A DNA stretch of 64,000 bases from Acidimicrobiales bacterium (lineage in GTDB: Bacteria; Actinomycetota; Acidimicrobiia; Acidimicrobiales; RAAP-2): NCBI GenBank assembly GCA_035534835.1, contig DATLRE010000053.1, positions 523 to 64,522 of the forward strand, read 5' to 3'. The position numbers were made by a program, and so were the translations under genes. Every line of letters starts with the position of its first letter. Position 1 is the first letter of the stretch. Positions 44,313-55,453 of this stretch are shown in pieces. The notes under the pieces are model-generated. The model was not told where the DNA came from and did not search any database. It was given only the letters and a program-made list of their open reading frames with translations.

Positions 44313-45359
44313 TCAGCCGCCGCCGGCCAGCGTGGCCTTGATGTCGTCGACCGCCGGGACCGGGCCCGGGTCGACCCCCTCGTGCCCGGCGAGCAGCAGC
44401 GACACCACGTCGCCCACCAGGGCCAGGTCGAGGAGCTGGGCCAGATCGCCCTCGCCGGCGGCCCGGACCTCGACCACCCCGGCCATGACCTCGCGCAGCA
44501 TCTCCGTCGCCAGGTCGAACCGGCGGCTGACCTGCGGGTGCTCGGCGTCGTGCCGGAGGTTCACGAGGGTGACGAGCTGCCGGGTGGCGTCGCCGTTCAG
44601 TCCCCATCCGGCCACCTCGTTGTGGCAGAGCTCGGGGTGGACGTTCCAGAAGGCCGGCGACTTCGCGTTGAGGTTGATCTGGGTCTTCCACCGCAGTGCG
44701 GCGGCGGTGCCGAGATCCTGCGAACTGTGCACGAGCGGGATGGTCCGACCGATCCGGCGGGCCACCGTCTCGGCCACGCTGCCGGACCGGCCGAGCTGGT
44801 CGCGACGCCGCTTCAGCTGGGTGACCGCCTGGCCGATCCACTGCTGGGCGCCGGGGAACAGGCCGATCCGCTCGAGCACCACCAGCGGCGGGATCGCCAT
44901 GGCCCCGAGCGCGGTCCGCGCCTCGGGGATGCCGAGCGGCACGGGGACCAGGGGGACGCCCCACTCACCCGAGAGTCGGACGAGCTCACCGCCCCCCGAC
45001 ACCACCACGAGCGCGGCGCCGGCCTCGTAGGCGGCCGTGGCCGCTTCGACGGTCTCCTCGGTGCCGCCCGAGAACGAGACGGCGACGACGAGCGAGCGGG
45101 TGCCCACGTAGTCGGGCGGGACGTAGCCCTTGACCACCGTGACCGGCACCGGCATGAACGGGGCCGCCGCCGCGACCAGCACGTCGCCCACGATCCCGCT
45201 GTCGCCCATTCCGAGCACGACGACGTTCTCGACTTCGTCGTGGCCCGGCAGCTCGTCGACCTGGCAGGCGGCGGCGACCGCCGCCTCGACCTGCTCGGGG
45301 AGGGCAAAGGTGGCGTCCCACATGCCGCGGGAGTCCACCGGCAGCGGCGACGGTGTCAC
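44313..45359 (-). CDS. bifunctional phosphoglucose/phosphomannose isomerase (SIS domain)
   Basis: 348 aa. VVLGMGDSGIVGD, VAVSFSGGTEET, WKTQINLNAKSPAFW..PELCHNEVAGW are typical of the PGI/PMI family. Confidence 0.86.
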   Translation of the reverse strand: MTPSPLPVDSRGMWDATFALPEQVEAAVAAACQVDELPGHDEVENVVVLGMGDSGIVGDVLVAAAAPFMPVPVTVVKGYVPPDYVGTRSLVVAVSFSGGTEETVEAATAAYEAGAALVVVSGGGELVRLSGEWGVPLVPVPLGIPEARTALGAMAIPPLVVLERIGLFPGAQQWIGQAVTQLKRRRDQLGRSGSVAETVARRIGRTIPLVHSSQDLGTAAALRWKTQINLNAKSPAFWNVHPELCHNEVAGWGLNGDATRQLVTLVNLRHDAEHPQVSRRFDLATEMLREVMAGVVEVRAAGEGDLAQLLDLALVGDVVSLLLAGHEGVDPGPVPAVDDIKATLAGGG

Positions 45360-45601
45360 GACGACGCGGGTGTCCCCGTCACGACGGCCCCTCCGGCCTC
45401 GGCCTTCGTCGAGAGCCGGGCGTCCTCGGCGGCGTCCACCGTGGTCGACTCGTCGATCAGCATCACCGGGATCCCGTCGCGCACCGGGTAGGTGCGGTGG
45501 AGTCGGGGGTTGAACAGGATGTCCTCGTCGGCGAAGTAGAGGAGCGTGCCCTTGTCCTCGGGACAGGCCAGCACGTCGATCAGGAGCGGGTCGAGCGTCA
45601 T
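45356..45601 (-). CDS. Trm112-like (UPF0434) small protein
   Basis: 81 aa. LLIDVLACPEDKGTL...YPVRDGIPVMLIDE. 4-nt overlap with the downstream isomerase gene. Confidence 0.8.
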   Translation of the reverse strand: MTLDPLLIDVLACPEDKGTLLYFADEDILFNPRLHRTYPVRDGIPVMLIDESTTVDAAEDARLSTKAEAGGAVVTGTPASS

Positions 45602-45703
45602 CGGGGGTTCCTCTCTTGGTGGTTCACGCGTGGTCCCGGTGCGGGGGTCCGGGTGGGTGCGGGTGGGTCGCCGGTCGCGGTGCCCGCCGGGCGCTCGGCA
45701 TCG

Positions 45704-47095
45704 TCAGGCGAGGTGCAGGCGGGCGATGGCCGCCTGCACCTCGGCCACCCGGGCGGCGCACGAGGCCTCGTCGGGGGCTTCCACATTGAGGCGGAGCAGC
45801 GGTTCGGTGTTCGACGGGCGCAGGTTGTACCACCAGTCGCCCCGGTCCACGGTCAGTCCGTCGAGCCGGTCGGCCGTGCCGAGCGCCCCGCCCGCGGCCT
45901 CCACCTGGGCGGCCAGGAGCTCGACGGTGCCGGCCGGGTCGTCGACCACCGTATTGATCTCTCCCGAGGCGGCGTAGCGCTCGAACGGCCCCAGCAGCTC
46001 CGACAGCGGCTTTCCGGTCACGCTCAGCAGCTCGAGCACCAGCATGGCGGCGATGATGCCCGAGTCGGCCCGGTAGTTGTCGCGGAAGTAGTAGTGGCCG
46101 GAGTGCTCGCCACCGAAGACGGCGCCCGTCTCGGCCATCACCTGCTTGATGAAGCTGTGCCCGACCTTGGTCCGGATGCCGGTCCCGCCCTTCTCGGCGA
46201 TCACCTCGGGGACGACCCGGGAGCAGATGCAGTTGTAGAGCACGGTGGATCCCGGGTACTTGTCGAGCAGGGAGGCCGCCACCAGCGCCGTGGTCAGCGA
46301 TCCGGAGACGGGTTCGGCGCGCTCGTCCACCAGGAAGACGCGGTCGGCGTCGCCGTCGAAGGCGAGCCCGATGTCGGCGCCGGTCTCCAGCACCACTCGC
46401 CGGAGCTCGACCAGGTTCTCCGGTTGGATGGGGTCGGCCGGATGGTTGGGGAAGTTGCCGTCGAGCTCGGGGTAGAGGATCTCGACCTCGAACGGCAGCC
46501 CCTCGAACACCTTCGGGGCCACCAGCCCGCCCATGCCGTTGGCCGTGTCGGCCACCACCTTCAGCGGGCGGAGGACGGAGGTGTCGACGAAGGAGCGGAC
46601 GTGGTCGGCGTAGGCGTCCAGGACCGAGCGCTGCTCGAGCGGGCCGAGGGTGGCGGCAACGGGTTCGGGCGGCCCACCGTGCTCCCACTCGTCGAGCAGC
46701 GCCTCGGCCGTGGCCTGGATCTCGGCCAGTCCGGTGTCCTGCCCGATGGGTCGGGCGCCCGCGAGGCACAGCTTCAGGCCGTTGTACCGGGCCGGGTTGT
46801 GGGAGGCGGTGAACATGGCGCCGGGGGCGTCGAGGCTGCCCGCCGCGAAGTAGAGGAGGTCGGTCGAGGCGAGGCCGAGGTCGACCACGGCGGTGCCCTC
46901 GGACCGGGCGCCGAGGGCGAAGGCCTCCGACAGGGCCATGCCGGATTCGCGCATGTCGCGGGCCACGAGGACGGTCGGCGCACCGGTGAACCGGGCGACG
47001 GCGACGCCGATGGCACGGAACTGCAGAGCGTTGAGCTCGTCCGGAACGATGCCCCGGATGTCGTACGCCTTGAACACGCGGGAGAGGGAGGACAT
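45704..47095 (-). CDS. manB: phosphomannomutase/phosphoglucomutase
   Basis: FKAYDIRG, TASHNPARYNGLK (phosphoserine loop), FDGDADR, GGEHSGHYYF. Confidence 0.93.
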   Translation of the reverse strand: MSSLSRVFKAYDIRGIVPDELNALQFRAIGVAVARFTGAPTVLVARDMRESGMALSEAFALGARSEGTAVVDLGLASTDLLYFAAGSLDAPGAMFTASHNPARYNGLKLCLAGARPIGQDTGLAEIQATAEALLDEWEHGGPPEPVAATLGPLEQRSVLDAYADHVRSFVDTSVLRPLKVVADTANGMGGLVAPKVFEGLPFEVEILYPELDGNFPNHPADPIQPENLVELRRVVLETGADIGLAFDGDADRVFLVDERAEPVSGSLTTALVAASLLDKYPGSTVLYNCICSRVVPEVIAEKGGTGIRTKVGHSFIKQVMAETGAVFGGEHSGHYYFRDNYRADSGIIAAMLVLELLSVTGKPLSELLGPFERYAASGEINTVVDDPAGTVELLAAQVEAAGGALGTADRLDGLTVDRGDWWYNLRPSNTEPLLRLNVEAPDEASCAARVAEVQAAIARLHLA

Positions 47096-47148
47096 GATCG
47101 GCTCATCCTAGGCCAGCCCCCGGGCGGCCCCCGAGGAAGGATCGGCAC

Positions 47149-48762
47149 ATGCACGGAACCCCCGAGCGCACCCGGCGTCGCCGCCGCAGGACCGGGGTGG
47201 CCACGGCCGCCCTGGTCGTCCTCGCCCCGGTCGTCGTCGCCCTGGGCGCGCCGGTCCTCGCCCGCGACGCCGCGACCGGAACCGCACCGGCCCGGCCCGG
47301 CCCGGCCACCCTGACCGCCGCGTCCACCCCGAGTGCCGAGGTGGCCACGAGCACCCACCTCGTCGTCGCCTCCGCCGGGGACACCGCGACCGGCGGGTAC
47401 TGGCTGGCGGCGTCCGACGGCGGGGTCTTCGCCTTCGGGGCGCCCTTCGAGGGCTCGGCCGGAGCGCTGCCCCTCGTGCGCCCCGTGGTCGGCATGACCC
47501 CGACGGCCTCGGACCGGGGCTACTGGATGGTCGCCTCCGACGGCGGCATCTTCGCCTACGGCGACGCCACCTTCCACGGGTCGATGGGCGGTCGGCCGCT
47601 CGACCGGCCCATCGTCGGCATGGCGGCGACGCCGGACGGCGGCGGGTACTGGTTGGTGGCCTCCGACGGCGGGATCTTCGCCTTCGGGGACGCGCCCTTC
47701 CTGGGGTCCATGGGTGGGAAGCCGTTGAACCTGCCCATCGTGGGCATGGCCGTCGCTCCCGGCGGCGGCGGGTACTGGTTGGTGGCCTCCGACGGCGGGA
47801 TCTTCGCCTTCGGGGACGCGCCCTTCCTGGGGTCGACCGGCGCCCTCACCCTCAATTCGCCGGTCGTGGGGATGCAGGGGTCCGGCGGCGGATACCGGCT
47901 GGTCGCGGCCGACGGGGGGCTCTTCTCGTACGGGACACCGTTCGCCGGTTCGGCCGTCGGCCTGCTGCAGCGGCGCGCCGTCTCGCTCGACGCGAGCGGG
48001 ACCGGCTACCGGATCGTGTCGTCCGACGGATCGGTCTACGCCTTCGGCGGTGCCGCCTTCCTCGGCTCGGTCCACGTGCCTCCGCTGGTCGGCGAAGTGG
48101 TCACCATCGACCCGGGCCACGACGGCGGCAACGGAGGTGCCCCCGGGGTCATCGGCACACCGATCGACGGTGGCGGGTTCACCGAGCCGTGCGACACCGC
48201 GGGCACCACCACGCCGGCGGGCTATGCCGAGCACGCCTTCAACTTCGACGTGGCCACCCGGCTCGCCGCGCTGCTCCGGGCGGGCGGTGCCACCGTCGTC
48301 CTGACCCGGGCATCCGACAGCGGGGTCGGACCCTGCGTCGACACACGGGCGGCGATCGGCAACGACGCCGGATCCGATGCCGCCGTGTCCATCCACGGCG
48401 ACGGGGGTCCGCCCTCGGGCCGGGGCTTCGCTGTCGACGTGCCCCTACCGGTGGTCAGCTCCATCAGCGACAACCGGCCCATCGTGGCGCCGTCGGGCCA
48501 GCTCGGTGCCGACATCCGGGACCGGTTCCTCTCCGACACCGGGATGCCCGTGTCGGACTACGCCGGCAGCGCGGGGATCGTCCCCCGCTCGGATCTGGGC
48601 GGGCTCGACCTCTCCACGGTGCCGAAGGTGCTGATCGAGTGCGGCAACATGCAGAACCCGGTGGACGCCGGCCTCATGCAGGATCCCGGTTGGCGCCAGC
48701 AGGCGGCCCAGGGACTGGCCGACGGTGTCACGGCCTTCCTCGTCCAGCGCGAGGTCCCCTGA
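47149..48762 (+). CDS. secreted N-acetylmuramoyl-L-alanine amidase with six N-terminal ~40-aa GYW(L/M)VASDGG(I/V)FAFG repeats
   Basis: Arg-rich signal MHGTPERTRRRRRRTGVATAALVVLAP. Six repeats span about 47380-48080. The C-terminal Amidase_3-like domain has VTIDPGHDGGN, AVSIHGDG, VLIECGNM. Confidence 0.85.
   Translation: MHGTPERTRRRRRRTGVATAALVVLAPVVVALGAPVLARDAATGTAPARPGPATLTAASTPSAEVATSTHLVVASAGDTATGGYWLAASDGGVFAFGAPFEGSAGALPLVRPVVGMTPTASDRGYWMVASDGGIFAYGDATFHGSMGGRPLDRPIVGMAATPDGGGYWLVASDGGIFAFGDAPFLGSMGGKPLNLPIVGMAVAPGGGGYWLVASDGGIFAFGDAPFLGSTGALTLNSPVVGMQGSGGGYRLVAADGGLFSYGTPFAGSAVGLLQRRAVSLDASGTGYRIVSSDGSVYAFGGAAFLGSVHVPPLVGEVVTIDPGHDGGNGGAPGVIGTPIDGGGFTEPCDTAGTTTPAGYAEHAFNFDVATRLAALLRAGGATVVLTRASDSGVGPCVDTRAAIGNDAGSDAAVSIHGDGGPPSGRGFAVDVPLPVVSSISDNRPIVAPSGQLGADIRDRFLSDTGMPVSDYAGSAGIVPRSDLGGLDLSTVPKVLIECGNMQNPVDAGLMQDPGWRQQAAQGLADGVTAFLVQREVP
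47635..47834 (+). repeat. near-identical DNA copies of one repeat unit inside the amidase gene (period 126 bp)
   Basis: At least 68 nt identical by direct reading: ggcgggtactggttggtggcctccgacggcgggatcttcgccttcggggacgcgcccttcctggggtc at 47641-47708 and 47767-47834. Confidence 0.9.
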
Positions 48763-48809
48763 CCGTCCGCCCGGACCGGTTCCGCCGGCTTCCGCCAGGT
48801 CCGCCCGGT

Positions 48810-49448
48810 TCAGCCGGATCCGCCCACCCCGCCGCCGGCCAGCAGTCCGACGACGTCGCCGCTCATGGCGTCGCACAGGTCCGCCAGCAGGCGCATCCGG
48901 GTCTCGAGCCCGTCGGCCACGAGCAGGCGCTGCAGGTCGAGCGAGACCAGGGGCGCCATGTCGCACAGCTGCCAGCCGATCTCGTCGGGTCCCCCCGAGA
49001 TCCGCAGGGTGTGGGGAAGGGCCGGCACGTCGCCGAGCTCGGACAGCAGCGAGCGCAGGCGCCGCAGCGACCCCTCGGCCGCGGTCAGCACGTCGCCCGG
49101 GCACGCGGCGCCCGGATCGGGCAGGTCCTCGACCAGGGCCCGGGGGTAGGGGTCGTCGGGAAGCCAGTCCAGCACCCGCACCCGGCGGAGGCCGGTGGCC
49201 ACCACCAGCATCCGACCGTCGTCGAGTTCGGCGACATTGGCGATGCGGGCCACCGTGCCGACGTCGGTCCGCGCGTCCCCCCCGCCGACCTCCGAGCCGC
49301 GGGTGATGAGCACCACGCCGAACTCGCCGCCCGACGCGAGACAGGCGCCCATCAGCGTCCGGTAGCGCTCCTCGAACACGTGCAGGGGCAGGCCGGCCTC
49401 GGGGAACAGCACGGTCGACAGCGGGAACATCCCGAGCAGGTAGCTCAC
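48810..49448 (-). CDS. LON N-terminal (substrate-binding) domain-only protein
   Basis: GTG 49448 overlaps the upstream stop (GTGA). LLGMFPLSTVLFPEAGLPLHVFEERYRTLM..GEFGVVL..GTVARI is the LON N-domain pattern. There is no AAA+ or protease domain. Confidence 0.8.
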   Translation of the reverse strand: MSYLLGMFPLSTVLFPEAGLPLHVFEERYRTLMGACLASGGEFGVVLITRGSEVGGGDARTDVGTVARIANVAELDDGRMLVVATGLRRVRVLDWLPDDPYPRALVEDLPDPGAACPGDVLTAAEGSLRRLRSLLSELGDVPALPHTLRISGGPDEIGWQLCDMAPLVSLDLQRLLVADGLETRMRLLADLCDAMSGDVVGLLAGGGVGGSG

Positions 49449-51985
49449 GGAACCGCGCCCTGCCGGGACGCCCGCGCCGCCCGGCGGGTCCGGCGTGCCC
49501 GGCGGTCGACGACCACCAGGACCACCACCGCGGCCACGGCCGCCAGGGTCAGCACCAGACCCAGGTCGTCGGCCGCGGTCCGTCCGTACGTCAGGGTCAC
49601 GTCGTGGCTGGTCGGGACCACCACCATGAGGTTCGGTGCCACCCGGTACGGCCCCGAGGCGCCCGACGCCACCCAGTTGGGGAAGTACGACACCCGGACC
49701 TCGACGGGTACCCCGACCCGGTCGACGTGGAACGAGATCGACTGGTCGCTCTGGCGCACGTCGGAGACGGTCGTCGTCGGTTCCGGGACCGCGGCGGGGT
49801 GCCGGTCCCCGATGGCCACCCGGGTCCAGTCCGCCGGTCCGTCGGCCGCCGGCACCACGCCCCATCGGGACGGGTCGTTGTACCAGGCGACCGCGGGCGG
49901 CAGCCACGCGGACTGGTCCGGTGCGATGCCGCGCCACACGACCGGGCGGTGGGCCAGCGGGACGACCAGTTGCGAGTCGGCGATACGGTACACCTTCCAG
50001 GTCGTGTCCAGGGGCTGCCCGTTGTAGGAAGTGCTCCACGGGCCGCTCGTGCCGACCAGCGTGGCCGCCGGGTCGGCGGCGGCCGCCGACTGGACGGTGG
50101 TGGACGACGCCAGCAGGTACCGGACGCCCATCTGCTGGAGGTGCTGGATCCCGAGGTGCACGTCGAGGCCGCCGTAGGCGCCGTCGGGGACCGCCACGAC
50201 CGCCTTCGACGGGTCGGGGGACAGTTCGTCCTGGTTGATGAAGTGGAACGGGGTCGACGAGGCCGACTCGAAGAGCAGGCCCTCCTGAGAGTCGATGCAG
50301 CCGTCGGTGAAGTACGGCAGGAGCATCAGGGACTCGGTGGTGCCGAACCGGTTGAGCGACGGGTCGTACTCCCACATGGCGCGACCGCAGCCCTGCTCGG
50401 CCCCGACCTGCCGCATCATCTGGATCACCGCCTGGAACTCGGGGTAGTCCGGCTTGCGCTCGTACCCGCTGTAGTTCCACTGCGCCCACGCGCTCGGCTG
50501 GTCGGGTCCGACGTGCACGCCGATCTTCGCCAGGGTGGACGCGGGCACGGCCAGCGGCGGCACGACGGCCAGGCAGGCACCGGCCAGCGCCACCAGTGGC
50601 CCGACCACCGCGCCGGCGGCGACGGCCACCGGCACCGGGCGGCGGTACGGGGTGATCCTCCGTCCGGGCACCTCGGCCCTCCCGTCGGCGGTGCCCATGC
50701 GCCGGCGGACGTCGCTCACCCACAGGTTGAGGCGGTGCCGTCGCGCCAGGCGTGCCGTGGCGGCGACGACCTCGGCCACCGCGTAGCCGGCCAGCAGGTA
50801 CAGGCAGAGGAACCAGAGGGGCAGGAAGCGGACGTTGTAGAGCTTGCTCGCCGGGTCCAGGATCATGGCGGCGGCGGACAGGGCCGCCATGATCACGAGG
50901 AACAGCGCCATCCGGTTCCGACGGGCCACCATGGCCACCACGCCGACGACGTCGAGGACCAGCACCCACCGGAACGATCCCGGGAAGAGCAGGTGGGGAT
51001 AGCCGAAGACCTTCGTGTACCCCATGTTGGTGGTGTACGCCTGCTCCAGGCCGAAGGGCACGAGCCACCAGGCGCACAGACCCAGCCCGACGACGCCGGT
51101 CACCACCGACCAGAGGACCCGGCCGCCCCACCGGTGGCCTGCGGCCACGGCCCGCCGGCTCCGGCCGACGGCCCGGACCAGGTCGGCGTCGAGCAGGAGG
51201 AGCACGACCGCCCCCACCGCCGCGAACAGGGCCGGGATGAGGTGACACAGGAGCGTCGCCGCGAAGAGCGCGGCGGCCAGCGCCCGGTGGCGTCCCGTGC
51301 GCAGCCCGGACGCGACGACCCCGAGGAAGAGGAGGGACAGGGAGAGGCCGAGGGAGAACGAGAACTCACCGGCCAGGGTGGACAGCAGGTTCCCGCCGTA
51401 GATGGAGAAGCTCGGCTCGAACAGGAAGGGCAGCGTGGCGGCGGCCAGGCAGGCGGGCACGGGGTCCCGCAGCCGTGCGAGCCGCCCGAAGGCCCAGGCG
51501 CAGACCGGCAGGAGCAGGCTGCCCAGCACGGTGACCAGCTTGAACGCCACGTCGTAGGTGACGACGGTGTTGACGAGCACGGTGAGCAGGCCCGGCAGCG
51601 GGAAGTAGAAGGTGTAGAGGGGGAAGCCGTCGTACCAACCCGGGTCCCAGCCGGTCACCTGACCGTGGACCAGCAGGTGCGACTCGAGGAACGCCGGCAG
51701 CGCGACGTGGGCCCCGGTGTCGCCGCCGGCGGTCGTGGTGGCGAGGACGAGCAGCTCGGGGTGGAGCTGCGAGAGCGTCACGGCCATCACTCCGACGACG
51801 GCCACCGCGTTGGCCCACGCCGGCCACGCCGTGCGCGCGGTCAGCCGGTCCCACCACGGCCGCCGCGCCCCCGGGCCCACCCGGACGTCGTCGCCGTGCG
51901 CGGTGCCGCTGTCGACGGCCCCGCCGGCGCCGCCGTCGTCGTCCACGGCGGTCGCCACCGGGTTCCCCTCGCCCCCCGTCGTCAT
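49445..51985 (-). CDS. large polytopic membrane protein with extracytoplasmic C-terminal domain (GT-C-like; resembles proteins annotated PTPS-related)
   Basis: 846 aa, more than 10 hydrophobic segments. GGDTGAHV...GWDPGWYDGFPLYTFYFPLP near the N-terminus, a soluble roughly 330-aa domain, then a terminal TM anchor. The family assignment is tentative. Confidence 0.65.
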   Translation of the reverse strand: MTTGGEGNPVATAVDDDGGAGGAVDSGTAHGDDVRVGPGARRPWWDRLTARTAWPAWANAVAVVGVMAVTLSQLHPELLVLATTTAGGDTGAHVALPAFLESHLLVHGQVTGWDPGWYDGFPLYTFYFPLPGLLTVLVNTVVTYDVAFKLVTVLGSLLLPVCAWAFGRLARLRDPVPACLAAATLPFLFEPSFSIYGGNLLSTLAGEFSFSLGLSLSLLFLGVVASGLRTGRHRALAAALFAATLLCHLIPALFAAVGAVVLLLLDADLVRAVGRSRRAVAAGHRWGGRVLWSVVTGVVGLGLCAWWLVPFGLEQAYTTNMGYTKVFGYPHLLFPGSFRWVLVLDVVGVVAMVARRNRMALFLVIMAALSAAAMILDPASKLYNVRFLPLWFLCLYLLAGYAVAEVVAATARLARRHRLNLWVSDVRRRMGTADGRAEVPGRRITPYRRPVPVAVAAGAVVGPLVALAGACLAVVPPLAVPASTLAKIGVHVGPDQPSAWAQWNYSGYERKPDYPEFQAVIQMMRQVGAEQGCGRAMWEYDPSLNRFGTTESLMLLPYFTDGCIDSQEGLLFESASSTPFHFINQDELSPDPSKAVVAVPDGAYGGLDVHLGIQHLQQMGVRYLLASSTTVQSAAAADPAATLVGTSGPWSTSYNGQPLDTTWKVYRIADSQLVVPLAHRPVVWRGIAPDQSAWLPPAVAWYNDPSRWGVVPAADGPADWTRVAIGDRHPAAVPEPTTTVSDVRQSDQSISFHVDRVGVPVEVRVSYFPNWVASGASGPYRVAPNLMVVVPTSHDVTLTYGRTAADDLGLVLTLAAVAAVVVLVVVDRRARRTRRAARASRQGAVP

Positions 51986-51986
51986 C

Positions 51987-53015
51987 TCAGGCCAGGCCCC
52001 GCAGGCCGAGTGCGGCGGGGAAGACCACCGCGGTGAGGGCCAGGAGGTTGAAGGCGCCGTGGGCCACCATGTTCATGCCGAGCCTGCCCGTCCGGTACGA
52101 GAGGAACCCGAGGACCATGCCGAACAGGGCCAGCCCGGCGAACTGCAGGAGCTCGACGTGGACCGCACCGAACAGGAGGCCCGAGACGACGACGGCCAGA
52201 ACCGGGCCGGCCCAGCCGCCCCAGTTCCCGAACAGCCGTGCGAGCGCCCGGAGGATGACGCCCCGGAAGAAGAGCTCCTCGAAGAACGGGGCGCCGACCA
52301 CCGTGGCGATGGCGATCACCATCCAGGCGACGCCGTGGGCGCTGCCCGTCAGGCGCTGCGCCGGTGCGCTGAACTGCTGGTGGAAATTGTGGATGTGGGT
52401 CTCGAACGGAAGGTAGAGCAGGGCGATCAGGTACTGCGCGGCGACCCCGATCGGGATCCCGATCAGGTCGATCCAACGGAACCGCACGCCGAGGTCGGAC
52501 CAGAGGTGCTTCGTGCCCCTCAACCGGCTCGCCAGCACCGCGGCACCGAGGAATCCGCCCCACAGCCCGAACAGGGTGGCGACGACGTACCAGGTCGGCG
52601 GCTCGGCCAGCTTGGCCAGGGCCCCGAGCTCGTGGTAGTGGCCGCCCACCGCACCGGCGACCGCGACGGTGATGGCGGCCAGCACCTGGCCCCCGAGGAA
52701 CCCGAGGCCCGCGTAGAGCATCCACATCCACGCACCGGCGCGGTTCGTCGGCACGCCTCCGACCTCGAGCCGACGCCCGAGGGAGTCCTCACCGCCCAGG
52801 AGTCCCCGCCGGTGGGCTGCCGGCGCATCCGGGCGGGGGGCGGGGTCGGGCGTCCGCGGGACCGGTACGACGGGGCCCGTGGCATCCACCGCCTGTTCGG
52901 GCCGGTCGTTCACCCTCCCACGATACCGACCGTGCCCACACTCAGGGCACCGCGGCACGACCGTCGGCGCCCTGGCACCCGGAAGCGTCCCGTCGCGAGC
53001 GGCTCCGGGTGCCAC
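51987..53015 (-). CDS. CPBP family intramembrane glutamic endopeptidase (CAAX/Abi-type)
   Basis: FFEELFFRG and LLFGAVH..., HGAFN motifs in TM helices. The Pro-rich N-terminal extension makes the start (GTG 53015) uncertain. The stop lies 1 nt before the next gene's ATG. Confidence 0.75.
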   Translation of the reverse strand: MAPGAARDGTLPGARAPTVVPRCPECGHGRYRGRVNDRPEQAVDATGPVVPVPRTPDPAPRPDAPAAHRRGLLGGEDSLGRRLEVGGVPTNRAGAWMWMLYAGLGFLGGQVLAAITVAVAGAVGGHYHELGALAKLAEPPTWYVVATLFGLWGGFLGAAVLASRLRGTKHLWSDLGVRFRWIDLIGIPIGVAAQYLIALLYLPFETHIHNFHQQFSAPAQRLTGSAHGVAWMVIAIATVVGAPFFEELFFRGVILRALARLFGNWGGWAGPVLAVVVSGLLFGAVHVELLQFAGLALFGMVLGFLSYRTGRLGMNMVAHGAFNLLALTAVVFPAALGLRGLA

Positions 53016-53105
53016 GGCGCGGTGTGGGTCCGGGTGCCACCTCCGGGGCCAGGGCCGAGCCGGGGCGATGCGTCAACTGCGGCCGGTGGCGCGTAGCATG
53101 AAGGG

Positions 53106-55343
<2,238 letters not shown>

Positions 55344-55348
55344 CGCCT

Positions 55349-55396
55349 GCATCAGGGCGAGGGCGCCTCGAACTGACGCCCGCCTCGCCCCGATGC
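55349..55396. terminator. long imperfect hairpin just after the ftsH stop, between convergent genes
   Basis: GCATCAGGGCGAGGGCG (55349-55365) pairs with CGCCTCGCCCCGATGC (55381-55396). The 15-nt loop repeats the last 17 nt around the ftsH stop (cgcctcgaactgacgcc at 55331-55347 and 55364-55380). Confidence 0.45.
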
Positions 55397-55453
55397 CCCG
55401 CCTGCACGCACGGCTGCGGCGACCGGGGGTTCCTCCTCCCCCGCAGGCACCCG

